A stretch of 61,727 nt of DNA, filler included, from Bonamia ostreae (GCA_040357525.1; 14 parts of 14 records of this genome joined end to end with filler, not necessarily neighbours in it), one strand, 5' to 3'. Counted from the whole stretch's first letter, positions 22,234 through 35,032 are shown. Numbers and translations are program-made. Notes: generated by a model not told the origin, from the letters alone.

Positions 22234-24181
22234 TGTTTTGTCATCGATCACGACACTGTTCGAGTTGCCACAAATCGCTTTCCACACTTCTTGGTCGTTA
22301 TCGAGATCTTCTCTGGTCTGGGAAAAGTACCCCAAACGCACTTCTTTCCCGATCCGGATCACCCCTCTCTCCGGCTGGAGCTCCCTTGTCATTAGCCGGA
22401 AAAGAGTCGTTTTGCCCGACCCGTTCTCCCCGACCACACCTTTTGTTGAACTGAGTCGAACCGAAAACGGCGTCTTTTGTGAGCGAAAAGCTGGCGCCTC
22501 TGAACACCGCTTTGTCTTCGAACGAGAAATGGAGGTCTTCGACATCGATCACCGTTTTGCCGAGCAACGGGCTCTTCGGGATCAAGAGTTTTTCCAGCGA
22601 ACTGGTGGATATCTTGTGTTTGCTCAGTCCATCCTTCCTTTTCTCGAGCGTTTTCAGCTTCTTTTTCTGCTGCGTCGTTTTCCTTGGCGCGGAGTGAAGG
22701 CTCTCTAGTTCCTTCTCTACTTTTTTCGTTTTGCTGGCGAGAAGTCTAATTTGCGAATCAAAACCTCTTCTCATCCGCGACCCGATTTCGCTTCGATCGC
22801 GCCCAGTCGCTAAAATTGCCTCGGAAGAACAACGCCTTCCCTGCGTCGATTTCGACGATCCATTCCGACACGGCGTCGACGAAATTGCGGTCGTGCGAGA
22901 CGAAGAAGACCTTTTAATTTAATTGCTGGCTGAAACAGTTCCGGTGTACTTTCGCAGATATCGCTCGAGCCACTCGATCGCCCAAATGTCCAAGTGGTTC
23001 GTCGGCTCGTCCAAGAAGAGGATGTCCGGCCTTGATAGCAGCACTCCGCAGAAAGCGACTTTGTGGCGTTGCCCCTTTAAGTGGATTTTTAAACGCCGGA
23101 CAGATTCTTCATTTTGGTGTCTTTGTGCGGGCATTTCAGCTTTTTGAGGATGTCGTCGATATCGAATTCCAGTTTCCAGCAGCCCAACAGATCAATCTGC
23201 TTTCCTATCGTTTCTTGTCGTTGCATGAGAGACTCCACGTCTGTGTTTTCCGTAGCGAATTCCAAGGTCGTTTCTTTGTATTCTCTTAATAGATCGAATT
23301 GCCTTTTCAGAACTAAAATTTTTAGAACTTAAACAGATCGCAAATTTCAATTTTTCAAATTGAAAGAATTTCGATTTGGATCAAATAAAAAGTTTTACTC
23401 TACTGGGAGACAATTTTTATAAATCAACTACAAAGAATTATCGACAAACCCTCCAACGCATTGTAGCCACTTTGGTTTGCGCCTGGAAGCGCAGACATTC
23501 AAAGGCGTATGCGTAAATGGTAATTTTTAAACTTAAGGGAGCATTGCGAATGGCAGAGTTAGCACTCAATCTTAAGCTTCGCAAGTTTTATCAATTATAC
23601 GGTTATTTGGTAAAGTTTGTTTTTGCAATGTTTGTTTCATTTATTAAAAGGTCGATCCGAAAAAATAATTAACGGTCGCTGAAACAAATGTCTGAAGCTA
23701 ATTTTGATCGACTTTTAGAAACTTGTTTTCAGATAATCTAAAATCGTCTCCTTTTCATCAAACACGATTTCTTGAGAATGGTGCGCCACAGTCGTAGAGG
23801 GGTCTCCGAATTTGAGGGTCCCTTCAAAATTTTTGTCCTTTTTCGCCAAAATCCGCATCAACGTCGACTTGCCAGATCCGTTCACTCCCGTGATCGCCAC
23901 TTTGCTGCCTAAAATTTTCCTACGATGATTTTACCTCTGACGCACCTGAAAGACACGTCTTTCAGAATGTAGAAAGTTTCTTCGTCTTCGAATTTTTTCG
24001 AAATCGATTCTGCTTTCAGGACAAAGTCACTCTCCTTAAATTGCATTGCGCTCCTTTTGGCCATTCCCTCCGGAGCAAGCGTCGCGACGGGCCTAAAAAA
24101 ACGCAACAAGCACTTCGCTCTCGCATGTCCGAAAAGTTTCCTTGGCACCGAAACTACAAACCTCGTAGCCGACATTGCCAT
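22234..24181 (-). CDS. ABC-F ATPase, EttA-like, with N-terminal presequence (5' part)
   Basis: GVNGSGKST, LSGGQ, LDEPTNHLD, SHDR, second Walker A GENGSGKTT, YFSQTREDL; introns of 19-26 nt plus one of 410 nt. Confidence 0.88.
23450..23582. ncRNA. Candidate structured intronic RNA (two hairpins; possibly H/ACA snoRNA)
   Basis: GC-richer island in intron 23313-23722; stems ACGCAT/ATGCGT, GTTTGCGC/GCGCAGAC, CTTAAG/CTTAAG. Confidence 0.4.
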
Positions 24182-24266
24182 AAACTAACTAAAATAGAGC
24201 TTTCTGCTATATCGCCGATAAATATATAGAGCAAAGCTTAACAAAAGTCCAAAACAACATCACGCC

Positions 24267-26484
24267 ATGGCTTTCAAAGTTGTCAGAGAAGCGAAACGGA
24301 CCATCCCACCGCTCCCCAAAACAGGTAACAGCCCTTTTCACCCAAAGCGCGTGGCTTCGGGATCCACATAGACGGCACCACCGCGGGCGGAAAGAGACTG
24401 GTTTCGGACCAACAATGTGCTAGATCTACACCAACGGCCGGTTCGTCGTGATCAGAAGCCTCGAAGACCAGTTCGAAGCGACCGTCTTCGGCGGCCACCA
24501 ATGCAACGTCAACGTCGCCAAGTTCAGCCCGAACGGCGAGTGGGTCGCCTCGGGCGACTGCCAGGGCAACGTCATCGTCTGGGGCGCGCGCACACAGACG
24601 GCCAAGAACCAGTTGCGCGCCAACAACAGGTTTCCTCGCCGCCAACCAAAGCGTCCTGGACATCTCGTGGGGCGCGGACAACAGCCAGATCATCGCCGCG
24701 GGAGACGGCGGCGACGGCTACTTCGCGAAAGTGTTCAGAATCGACTCCTCGAACTCCATCGGCGAGATCTCCGGCCACTCGAAGAAGATCCTCTCCTGCG
24801 CCGTAAAGCCCTCGAAGCCCCACTTCATCGCGACCGCGTCGGAGGACTTCAGCGTCAACACCTACAAAGGCGTCCCCTACCGTCACCAGAAGACGCAGCG
24901 GCTCTTCAAGAACTACCCGAACTGCGTCCGCTACAACAGAGCGGGCGACGCCTTCGCGGCGGTGGGCAGCGACAGAAGGATTTGCCTCTTTGGGGGCGAA
25001 GGAGAGCTGCTGAAGCAAGTCGACGCGAAGGCGGAGGGCGCGCACAAGGGCTCCATCTACTCGTGCTGCTTCAGCCCGGACGGCGCGAAGCTGCTCACCT
25101 CGAGCGGCGACAAGACGCTCAAAGTGTGGGACGCGGCGTCCCTCTCGTGCGAGCACACCTTCAGCGCGGGCGGCCGCGTCGAGGACATGCAGGTTTCGTG
25201 TCTGTGGCTGGAAGGCTTCATCGTCTCCGTCTCGCTGTCCGGCGCCATCAACTTCTTCGAGGAAGGAGAAGGCGCGCCGAGCAGGACTTGGAACGTTTCG
25301 CTTTTTACAAAAGGGCCACCAAGACGCGATCAGGAGCATCGCGGTGCACCCGTCGGGGAAGAGGCTGTTCTCGGCGGGGATCGATGGGAAGATTGTGGGA
25401 TGGGACTTGGAGCGCTCTGTCTCGACGTTTTTCAGCGGCGGCCACGACGGAAAGCCGATCGTAGCGATGGACGTTTCTTCGGATGGAGACAAAATCGTAA
25501 TTTTGCAAGATTTTAGTTTTCGGTCGGGTTCGACGACAACTTTTGTGTGTCCGATGTCGAAGACAAGAAAACTGAGTAAAATTTATTTTTTAAAACAAAA
25601 TAAAAATTTTAGTAAAAATTTAACGAATTAAGAACTTTTAAAAAAATTTAAAGTCGATTTAAAGATTTTAACGAACAAAAATTTTAGTAAAAATTTAACG
25701 AATTAAGAACTTTTAAAAAAATTTAAAGTCGATTTAAAGATTTTAACGAACAAAAATTTATTAAAAATTTAATGAAATAAAAACTTCAATAAAGATTTCT
25801 GTCAAATTTGGATGGACAACCGACTTGCATCGCGAGCAGCAAAACAAGCCCAACCATTCTTGCAGCCGCGACAGTCAAAAACACGCTTTTCTATACGACA
25901 AACGGAAGCTCTTTCAAATCCGAAAAACTGGAAAGCAGAACAAACACAATCGCGTTTTCGCCCAAAAAGAACGATCTGGCCGTCGGCGGAGAAGACAAAA
26001 AAGTCCGCATTTATTTTGTCAGCGAAACCGGATTGGATTTAAAGCTAACTATCGATAAGCACATTTCGGAGATAACTTTTGTCGGATATTCCGAAAATGG
26101 CGACTACTTGATAACTGCTGGCAAACAAGGGAAGATCTTTGTCTGGGACACGTCTTCGGACTTTTCCAAGCCGCTCAACAGCAGAGGATGGAAGTTCCAC
26201 AACAGCGTCGTCACGAGCGCGGCGTGCAAGCCCGGTTTCGAAGTGGTCGCCACCGGTTCTAAAGACGAGCAGATAATCAAATGGTCTAATCCGACCAAAG
26301 GAAACCAGGCCAAGAGAGCGTTCGTAAACCGTTTTTAGTGTTCTTTTGCAAACTTTTCATTGTTTGTGCTAATATTTTTTAAAAAGCTGCGCATTTATCC
26401 GGTGTGAATATCTTGAAAACGTTGGATGAATCGACCTTTGTCTCGGCCGGCGAAGACAAATGCATCAGAATCTGGGAGTTCTAA
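24267..26484 (+). CDS. WDR1: Actin-interacting protein 1 (WD repeat), 8 exons
   Basis: VAKFSPNGEWVASGD..G.V.VW, GEISGHSK.I, ATASEDF, AHKGSIY, SGDKTLKVWD, WKFHNS. Confidence 0.93.
25604..25770. repeat. Intronic tandem duplication (about 75 nt x2) in WDR1
   Basis: aaaattttagtaaaaatttaacgaattaagaac... seen twice. Confidence 0.9.
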
Positions 26485-26721
26485 TGTGTAAATATGCCTT
26501 GTCACTTTTTTATCTTTTTTTCAAATTTTAGATTAGAGTGTTTTTGTTGCATTCATATTNNNNNNNNNNNNNNNNNNNNNNNNNNNNNNNNNNNNNNNNN
26601 NNNTTAATTAATTAANNNNNNNNNNNNNNNNNNNNNNNNNNNNNNNNNNNNNNNNNNNNCAAAACAAAAACAACAACAAAAACAATAATATCTAAAATAA
26701 AGTCGCAATATTTTACAGCGA

Positions 26722-27705
26722 TCAAAGCATCCGACTTTTGGCGTCCACATAACACTTTTTAAACTCGTCGAACAACGCCAAAACTGCTGCTCCCGCGACT
26801 CCCCTCAAAATGTTGGCCGTCGCTCCCTTCATAAAAGCGGTCGCCCCCTCGTTCCTCCAAATCTTCCTGGCGCAGTCGATCGAACTGCTGTAGTTCACTC
26901 CGGTCCCCGAAGTCATCATCATCCTCCTCCTGATCGTGTCCACTGGATACGACAACAACCCCGCCGTCATCGTCACGACGTAACCGAGTCTTGAAATCAC
27001 AAAAGTTACAGGAAATTGAAGAGCAGATTCGAATTGTCGCCGAGCAGCATCGGCTTCAGCGTGTCATAGAGACCGAAGTAGAACCCGCGGTAGATCATTA
27101 TCCCCGTGATCGAAATGGCGAAGCCGCGGTACAGCCCAACAATGCCGTCGGACGCCATCGTCTTTCTGTAGACGTCGAACAGCCCGTTGAACTGCCGCGC
27201 GCCGCCTTTTTTGGAGCTCTTGGCGTCGTTGGCGAGGCGCGTCCGGGCGTAGTCGAGGGAATAGACGAAGCAAAGCGAAATGGAGCCTGCCAATCCGCCG
27301 GAGAGAATGTTTTTGGAGAACTTGACATAATAATTGTCATCTTTCGCGGACTTTAAGAGGAGCTTAATTTTGTCTTTAAAGGCGAAATTGAGCGCTTGCG
27401 TAGGAAAGTAGCGGATGACGTTGGCGGAATTGCCTCTCCAGAAGGAAACGAGTCCTTCGGATTGGAAAGTGCGTCTGAAGCAATCGAATGAGTTCTAAAC
27501 AGGAAGGAATGGCAACTTTGTAAGGCTTTGAAATAATGTTGTTCTTCAACATTTCGCCTTGGTTTTGTACCATCAATTTGACTCGTTCGATTGGCGCTGC
27601 GATCGTTTTCGAGATGATCGCAGCTGCTCCGCTCAGACAAAAATTCTCGGCCATGCTTAATTTGACCTCTTTTTTGGAACTCTCGGGAGCGGGTTTCGCG
27701 GACAT
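26722..27705 (-). CDS. AAC: Mitochondrial ADP/ATP carrier, 3 exons
   Basis: [36 protein letters not shown] signature; introns of 22 and 21 nt. Confidence 0.97.
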
Positions 27706-27875
27706 GACTTACTATAATTTAGCTTTGGTTGTTATATAAAATAGGGGCTTAATGGTTAGGTTTGGTAACAAGGAATTGATCGATTATAGGATTGGCTTAT
27801 TAATCGTCGATCAATTGCGTTTTTCGAATTAGCCAAAAACAAAAAATTAGTAAATTTTAAAATTTGCAGTTTTTA

Positions 27876-28600
27876 ATGTCGGGCGATTTGAAGAAAGAGT
27901 TTATGAAGCGTAAAGAGAAGGTTTTGTTGGGGATCCAGAAAGGGGTGGACAAATCAATGAAGGGATCAATAGATAAGCCGGTCATGTCGTTGATAAGTCT
28001 AATTAACAAAAACCCGGATATGTGTTCCTTAAGCTCTTGTTCCGGCAGAATTTGCGTGGTCGAGCATTTTTTGCCCAAATCTAAATACAATAACAAATTT
28101 CTCGTCAATTCGTATATTTTCAAAATTTGATCGAAAATTTTTGTTCGAAAATAGACATTAAAAGCAATTTTGGAATCCAATTCAAAAATAGACACGAAAA
28201 CGTTTCGTTTGAACACATAAACAAAACAATTAAAAACTCGGTCAGAAAATCGCCTAAAAAAGAAGAAAAAGAAATTTATTTTAAAGTAGAACCGTTTATT
28301 TTAGCACTTGAAACTTTAAATCTCAAAACAGCTGTGGACTTGGTAAACTTGGCAAAGACAGTTGGATTCAAAAACAGTGGACTTAATATAAAACTCGACA
28401 AAAACGAAATAATAAAAAAAATTGTGGTCACTCTGAGAGGTTCGAATCATCTCGAAATTCCGATTTGGATGTCAAGTTTGGACGATTATGTTTCGGACGA
28501 TTATGTCCAATTTGTCGTAGAGAAAGCAAACGCTCTTCTCAGCGATAATTTTACGAAAATTGTCAAATTTGAAAATCTAGTAAATTGCCATTTTTTCTAG
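27876..28600 (+). CDS. TYW3: tRNA wybutosine methyltransferase TYW3
   Basis: DKSMKGSID, SSCSGRI, FKVEPFIL, GFKNSG, LEIPI. Confidence 0.92.
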
Positions 28601-29537
28601 TTTTGTAAATATTTTAAAAATTGCGATTTTGTGATTTTAGAAAAAATGTCGCTTTGTAAAACGAAAAAATGTGATTTTAAAAGCAAAAAATTTTCCAAAC
28701 GGAAACAGTTTCTATAAACAATTTACAAATTTTTAAAATTCTGGAAGATATTTTTTCTGAAAACCAACGATCTCCCTTTTCTCTTAATTGCAGAACTTAT
28801 TAGACAAAAATATCACGTTTTCGCGTAAATTTGAAAAATTTCTCTGTTTATTTTGTTTCACTAAAAAAACTTATTTTTCCAATTCTGCAAACTTTAATTT
28901 TTTAAACTAAAATCAAGATTCGGTTACTTTAAATTATGTGCACTTGTTTTTTAACAAAATTCAAGTCAAATATCTAAAACTCAATTTTATATTATTATCA
29001 GTTATAAAATAAGCGGATTTAAATAAGTTAATCGATATAATTTTATTACCGTATTTTATATCTTAAAATCAAAAAATAGAAAAATCTAACTTTAACCTAT
29101 CCTTAATAACAATTCAAAGGTTTACAAAAAATGTCAATTGCATAATCACAAGCTTTAAAAATAATCAAAATCAGTAATTTAGAGCACATTTTTTATTTAT
29201 CAAAATTGAAATTAATGTCGTTGGTTTAATTAAATAGAACAAAATCAGATGAGAACTCAGAGCATTGATTCAGAAAGTTTTTAAAATTTGCACATTATCG
29301 ATTTTTAACCGATTTGACCACAAATTTTATCGATTTTAATTTAATTCTATCAAATTAGACCACAAATTTTGTGATTTTATTAATAAAATTTGAACACAAA
29401 ATTTATTATCAAATTTGATAAGAAAATTTGTGATTTTATTAATAAAATTTGAACACAAAATTTATCGATTATAAAATTAATCAAATTTGGCCACAAAATT
29501 TATCGATTTAATTAATCAGGTTTGACTACAAAATTTT

Positions 29538-30880
29538 GTGGTCAAGTTGTTAAAAACAAACAAAACATTTAAAATCAATTCTTTACAAATAGATAAAAGA
29601 TCGTCATCGCTTGAAAGCCCCGAAATAATTCCGGGAGAAAAGATAGCAGAAACGGCGAAATTCTTAAACCAAAATTCTTTAACAAAAATAACAGAAAAAT
29701 CAATTCGAAAAACAAACTTTTGCCAACAAAAAGACAAAAGTTTCTGCAGACGAATGGTAAAACCAGACGAAAGAGAAAACACATCAAACGACAATAAAAA
29801 AACCGATCATAAAAACAATACAGAGAATCTTTTAAGCTCGAAACAAAAAGCTTCAAATACGAAAAAATCGGACAAAAATCCTCTCATAACAGGAAATTTT
29901 GAAACTAGAAGAAACATTTTGTCGAATTTCAGAGAACGCAAAAATAAAATCAATTATTTGATCAAAACAGTTTCTAAAATTTTCGCAAAACGAATTCTAG
30001 AAATTTTCCAAAAATATTTGCAAACCAAAATTATCAAGTAACATTAAATTAAACAAAACATACCAAAATTATTATATCGATAAAGCTTTACAACGGGTCA
30101 AACCGAAAATAAGTAAAACTTTTGTACAAACCAATTTTAAAATTTTAAATCGATGATTCTATACAAACAAATAAACTAAAAACTATTTTTATGATTTTGA
30201 AGGAAAATGAAGAGAGCTCTAAAAACTCGGAAAGTTTTAAAAAAAAATTTAGAACGAAGCGAGCAAATCGAAAATACGCCTTGGTTCATCATCTCCGATC
30301 CAAGCGCCGAGAGACCGTATTTTTACAATGCGAAAAAAGCAGATACCTTCTGGAAATTGCCAGACGAAATCAAAAAGAAATATAAAGCGGAAATTTTGGA
30401 CATCTACAATAAACTCAGTCGAAACAAAGGAAAGGAAGTGGTGTCACCGGAAAATGTAATAAAAGAAGACGAATCATTGGGGGAAGAGCGACATCCAAAG
30501 GAAGCAAACTCCGAAGCGAATGGAGAGTTACCGTTGAAAAAGAGTCGTCAAATAGGCAGCTACGAATGGTGGGAGATCGACGACCCCAATTCGAAGTATT
30601 TGTATTTCTTCAATGCGCTTAAGAGCAAGACTTATTGGGATGTCCCACTGGAGGTGTACCGCATGTACCAATCCATGGAACTTTCACATGTTTTGATACA
30701 AAATTTGTTATAGAAACCGACTCTAAATATGCCGCCGGTGCTAAAAAAAGCAAAACATGTGCAGAACAATATGAACATACACCAAAACTCTAAAAATGTA
30801 TTTTCGAAAGACTTTAATGAATATAATCCGTCGTGGAGGAAGTCTTTTAGAAAGAACAAGGAAGAGATTAAAAAGGTTTT
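29538..30880 (+). CDS. Protein with two WW domains, boundaries uncertain
   Basis: W...DP..RPYFYN....TFWKLP and WWEIDDP...YFFN....TYWDVP. Confidence 0.7.
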
Positions 30881-31094
30881 TTTTGCAAAATTGTTTACTA
30901 AAAGTAATTTGTTTATCAATAACACTTTTGGTGATTTTATTTTTTGCGATTTATTTTTACTGATTNNNNNNNNNNNNNNNNNNNNNNNNNNNNNNNNNNN
31001 NNNNNNNNNTTAATTAATTAANNNNNNNNNNNNNNNNNNNNNNNNNNNNNNNNNNNNNNNNNNNNTTTTTATAAAAAATGGAAAAATTCAGTTG

Positions 31095-31710
31095 TTATAT
31101 CAAAACCGCTGACAAAGGTTGTCCATTAGCTTTGATCGAATCGATGACCGATTTCGCGTTTTCGATTTCTTTCGCGTTGCAAAGCGCCCTGACCAAATAA
31201 TAATAATGTTTCTGATTTGGGTTGAAGCCGTTTATCCCCAAAAAGTAAATAAAGTCTCGCACGAGAGCAAACTTGTTTTCGTTTGCGGCTTTATTTAAGA
31301 ATTCGTTCACTTTTTCGGCGTCCAAAAGCTTGTCTTCAGAGAGCAATTGCTTGAAGCTGTCGAGCATTTCCGGCAAACTTTTTTTCTCGAAAGACGCTTT
31401 GTTTTTAGTTTGCGACAGAGGCTTGTCGAGATCGAGCCCCGAGAGCAGAAATCTGAACGCCATCTTCAACGAAAATGAAAATGCCAAAATGAACTTTGTT
31501 CGCCGTTTTCGTGTTCAGAGTTAAAGGGATGTCTTCGATTTTGGAGATGGAAGTTGACGGAAGAGAAATGTCTACCGTTTCCGGGCTAAATTTTAAAGTT
31601 TCAAACTTTATTTTCTTCCGAGTGAAATCGTTCTTGGCGAGTTTGCAGAACAATCTGTTCTGCTTCGTTTTCACAAACACATATGCCATGTTTTTTAATG
31701 TGGACGCCAT
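31095..31710 (-). CDS. Pentatricopeptide-repeat protein, probable mitochondrial (5' part)
   Basis: GFNPNQKHYYYLVRALCNAKEIENAKSVIDSIKANG PPR motif; basic N-terminus. Confidence 0.75.
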
Positions 31711-32162
31711 TTTACAAATTCGGTTTTTAGCTTTAAGCTAATTAATATATTTTTTCGTTAATCTTTATTGACTAAAAATGCCGTTTTTGTTGTTATTTTA
31801 ATTTTTGGCGAATGCAACATTTTTTTAACAAAATTTGAATTTTCAAAATTTATTTTCGGTTAAAATTTCAACGAACAAAAGGTCAATGCAATAACAATAT
31901 TTCTTTTAATTTCCAATTTACAATTTTGGGAATAACAATCTTTCAATTTCCAATTTGGGAATTTTCTGTGCTTCGTTTTCGAAGATATGGCATTTTTTCA
32001 TTTTATCCATTATAGAAAAACTCAGCTTTTGAATAATTTTACAATTATTTAAATTTTTCGAAAATTCAAAATTTAGTTTTGAAACAAATTTAACTCGAAA
32101 TTTTTAAAATTTAGTTTTTGAATTAACTTAATTGGCATAATCGCTCTTTCAAAATTTTGCAA

Positions 32163-33294
32163 ATGTTTAATGATTCAGGATTTTATGAAAATAAACTGAT
32201 CAAAACTGTACTTGTTGTCAGACCCATTCCTCCAAGCTGTAACGAAATTTTGCTGAACGCATTATTTAGAAAATTTAAAGCTGTAAATGTGCAGAAATTA
32301 AACCCAAAATCGAGAATGGTCAATAAATATTTTTTAAAATTAATTACGCAACAAATTTAGAGGTCAAAAGTTTTTGTGACGTTCAAAAACGCGCTCGACG
32401 CCGAAACAGCCAAAATGCACTTTAACGGATTATTCATTTTCAACCGAAAACTGACCGCATTTTTTTACAAAAAAAGAATTAAACTGTGTAGCGATATTTC
32501 GGTCGAGGATTATTTGCGTTCAGAGTGGTTTACCAAATTGTTTTAAATAGCAAAGACGACTCTGTGAAACTGAAACCGCCGCCACTGACAGATGAAATCC
32601 TGCTGCGCATTCAAAACGTGTTAAAGGCAAACCGAGTTATTTACAAAAAAGTGGCAAAACTCTTTTTTGAACACAAAATCAGTTTTGTTCCTCCTCGAGC
32701 GCCTCCCCCGCTATTGCCCCCGCTCACCGAGAATCAACTAGACCAAATGAGGGAGAAAATTGACAGGGACATGTCATCAGACGAAAGTGAAATGGGAGAC
32801 GGGGACGCAATCGACGACAAACAAAAGTCCAAAAAGATCAAAATCAGAAAACTCGGCGTTAGAAAAAGCAATATTAGGAAGAGAAAGCTTTCCGAACTAG
32901 TCGAAAATTTTGACTATATTTCCGAAAAGGAAATTTGGGAAGACAAGAAGCTCTACAAAATTTTTCTGAAGCAGAAGGATTACGGCATCGAAGACGAACT
33001 TAGTCTAGCCACAAAGACGCTTTATGTCAGCAACGTTTCCGAGACGACGACGGAAAAGCATTTGCAGAAAATTATAGAAAAATTGTTCTCCAAAAAAGCT
33101 CTTGTGAAAATCGACATTTTCAAGGAAGGCTTTTTAAAGGGCGTTGCTTTTATCGCGTTTGCCGAGAAGCACTTTGCGATGCTCGCTCGCCGCTTTTTGA
33201 ACCGGATGGTTCTAAACGGCCAAGCCATTTTTGTTGTTTATTTGAGAACTTTTAGGACTTTAAGAAAGCCGAACAGCTTCAAGCGCTAAAATAA
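32163..33294 (+). CDS. RNPC3: U11/U12 snRNP 65K protein-like, 4 exons
   Basis: N-terminal RRM, PPP..EILLRIQNVL..YKKV helix, Pro-rich stretch, SSDESE, C-terminal RRM TLYVSNV...IFKEGFLKGVAFIAF...VLNGQAIFVDF. Confidence 0.75.
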
Positions 33295-33337
33295 ATTTTG
33301 TATGTTTAATTTTTGTGGAAAGTTGAAACACGGAAAT

Positions 33338-33766
33338 TTATTTGTCGCTTAAAAAAATTGATTTGGGCAAAAGTTTGTTTACGGGAACATAAATTTCCAA
33401 GTTTTCTCTTTTCATCAGACTTTCGGATTTAATGCCGTCGGAAAGAGTGACAGAGAACAAACAGTTTTTGGTGGTCCCAAAAACATCGTCGACTTTCCCG
33501 ACCAGAGACTTTTTGTCCATATAGACCGGGGCGTTGAAATAAGGCACTTTTTCGTTCGTCAGTTTGCACACTAGCGAGCCCTCGCAGTCATGGACTACTG
33601 TTCCAAGTTGGATTTTCGGCGCGTTTTCGTCAAAATTCCTTCTGTTGTTCCGTCCTCGAAACGACCCCCGTCCGCGGCCGCGCTTGAAATTGGATCCGCC
33701 TCTTCCTCTCGCGGAGCGGCCACTTCCTCTGTTCGAATACCCCCTGTTGTTATTATATATCGCCAT
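33338..33766 (-). CDS. GAR1: H/ACA snoRNP protein GAR1
   Basis: RGG N-terminus; H.CEG.LVCK, KVPYFNAPVY, GKVDDVFG, KLLP. Confidence 0.95.
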   Translation of the reverse strand: MAIYNNNRGYSNRGSGRSARGRGGSNFKRGRGRGSFRGRNNRRNFDENAPKIQLGTVVHDCEGSLVCKLTNEKVPYFNAPVYMDKKSLVGKVDDVFGTTKNCLFSVTLSDGIKSESLMKRENLEIYVPVNKLLPKSIFLSDK

Positions 33767-33821
33767 CGAAATTTCACTTTTTGTCTAAATTTTTTAATCT
33801 GAAGAGTCTGCGATATATCGC

Positions 33822-35032
33822 ATGTTCTTAAAAAGGCTATTTCCGCCAAAGTGTTCCTTTCATTTCTCAAAAATGGATCCCAGCAAAAAGACAAACTCTG
33901 AAGCCCTTCTCAAGAAACTCGAAAACCTAAAAATTTCTTTCAATCTGGTAAACCACGAACCGGTGACTTCTTGCAAAGAGCATTCCGATGCTCTGAACAA
34001 CACAAATCTCGCTTTCTGCAAAAATTTGCTAATTCTGAACAAAAAATCGAAAAAGCTTTCTCTGCTCGTTCTTCCCGCCGCTTCAAACTTTTCGTTCAAG
34101 CAAATCGGCTCCGTCTTGGTTTTCCTCTTTTACCTTCTCGCTGAACAAAGGGAGTCAACGGGAACCATCTCCGACTCGCAAACGACGCCTTGTTAGAAGA
34201 AACGCTGAAGGTGGCACGAGGCGCCCTGAACCCGTTTTCTGTAATGTTCGATTCCGACGACAGAGTCGAACTGATCATCGACAAAGTTTTTCCAACTCAA
34301 AAAAGCCCATCGCGAAAGAAAAGCGCCTTCTGGCCATTCACCCGATGCACAACGACGCATCGATACTCGTAAAGTTCGGCGACCTGAAAACGTTCTTGGA
34401 AGATTTGAAGTTTTTTTGTAAACGAAAGCAAACCGTTCACCGAAATCTCTTTTGGAGATAAAATCGCTTCCGAGACAAAACTGGAAAATTTGAAAAAGAC
34501 GAAGAACAGAAAGGCTTTGGCCGAAAACGACAAGAAAGGAATCTCGTGTCGGAAAACGGAAAACTTTTCTCAGTGGTATTCCGAGTTGGTGACAAAATCG
34601 TTTCATCGAAAACTTTAGTGAGATGGTCGACTACTACGACGTCAGCGGTTGCTACATCCTCAGACCAAACAGCTGCTTCATCTGGAACCGAATAAAGAGT
34701 TTCTTCGACGAAGAGCTGTCCACCCGAGGCGTCGAAGAAGCCTACTTCCCCGTAACTTTTAGAAACATAAAGATGTTCGTCACCAAAACAGCTTTGGAGG
34801 CCGAGGAATCCCATATCGAAGGCTTCAAACCTGAAGTGGCGTGGGTCACCCGCAGCGGAGAAAGCGAACTGAGCGTTCCGCTGGCGATCCGACCGACCTC
34901 CGAAACGATAATGTATCCGTCTTTCAAAAACTGGGTTCGCTCGCACCGGGACCTCCCTCTTCGAATCGTTTGATCTTCATAAAATAGAACCAATGGTCCA
35001 ACGTGGTCCGCTGGGAATTCAAAAATCCCACC
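33822..35032 (+). CDS. ProRS: Prolyl-tRNA synthetase with N-terminal YbaK/ProXp editing domain (5' part, at least 7 exons)
   Basis: CKNL, GALNPF, HPMHN editing domain; [41 protein letters not shown]. Confidence 0.95.

Noticed and set aside
24283-25492. Long antisense and alternative-frame ORFs over WDR1
   Set aside because: Expected from high GC3 suppressing stop codons
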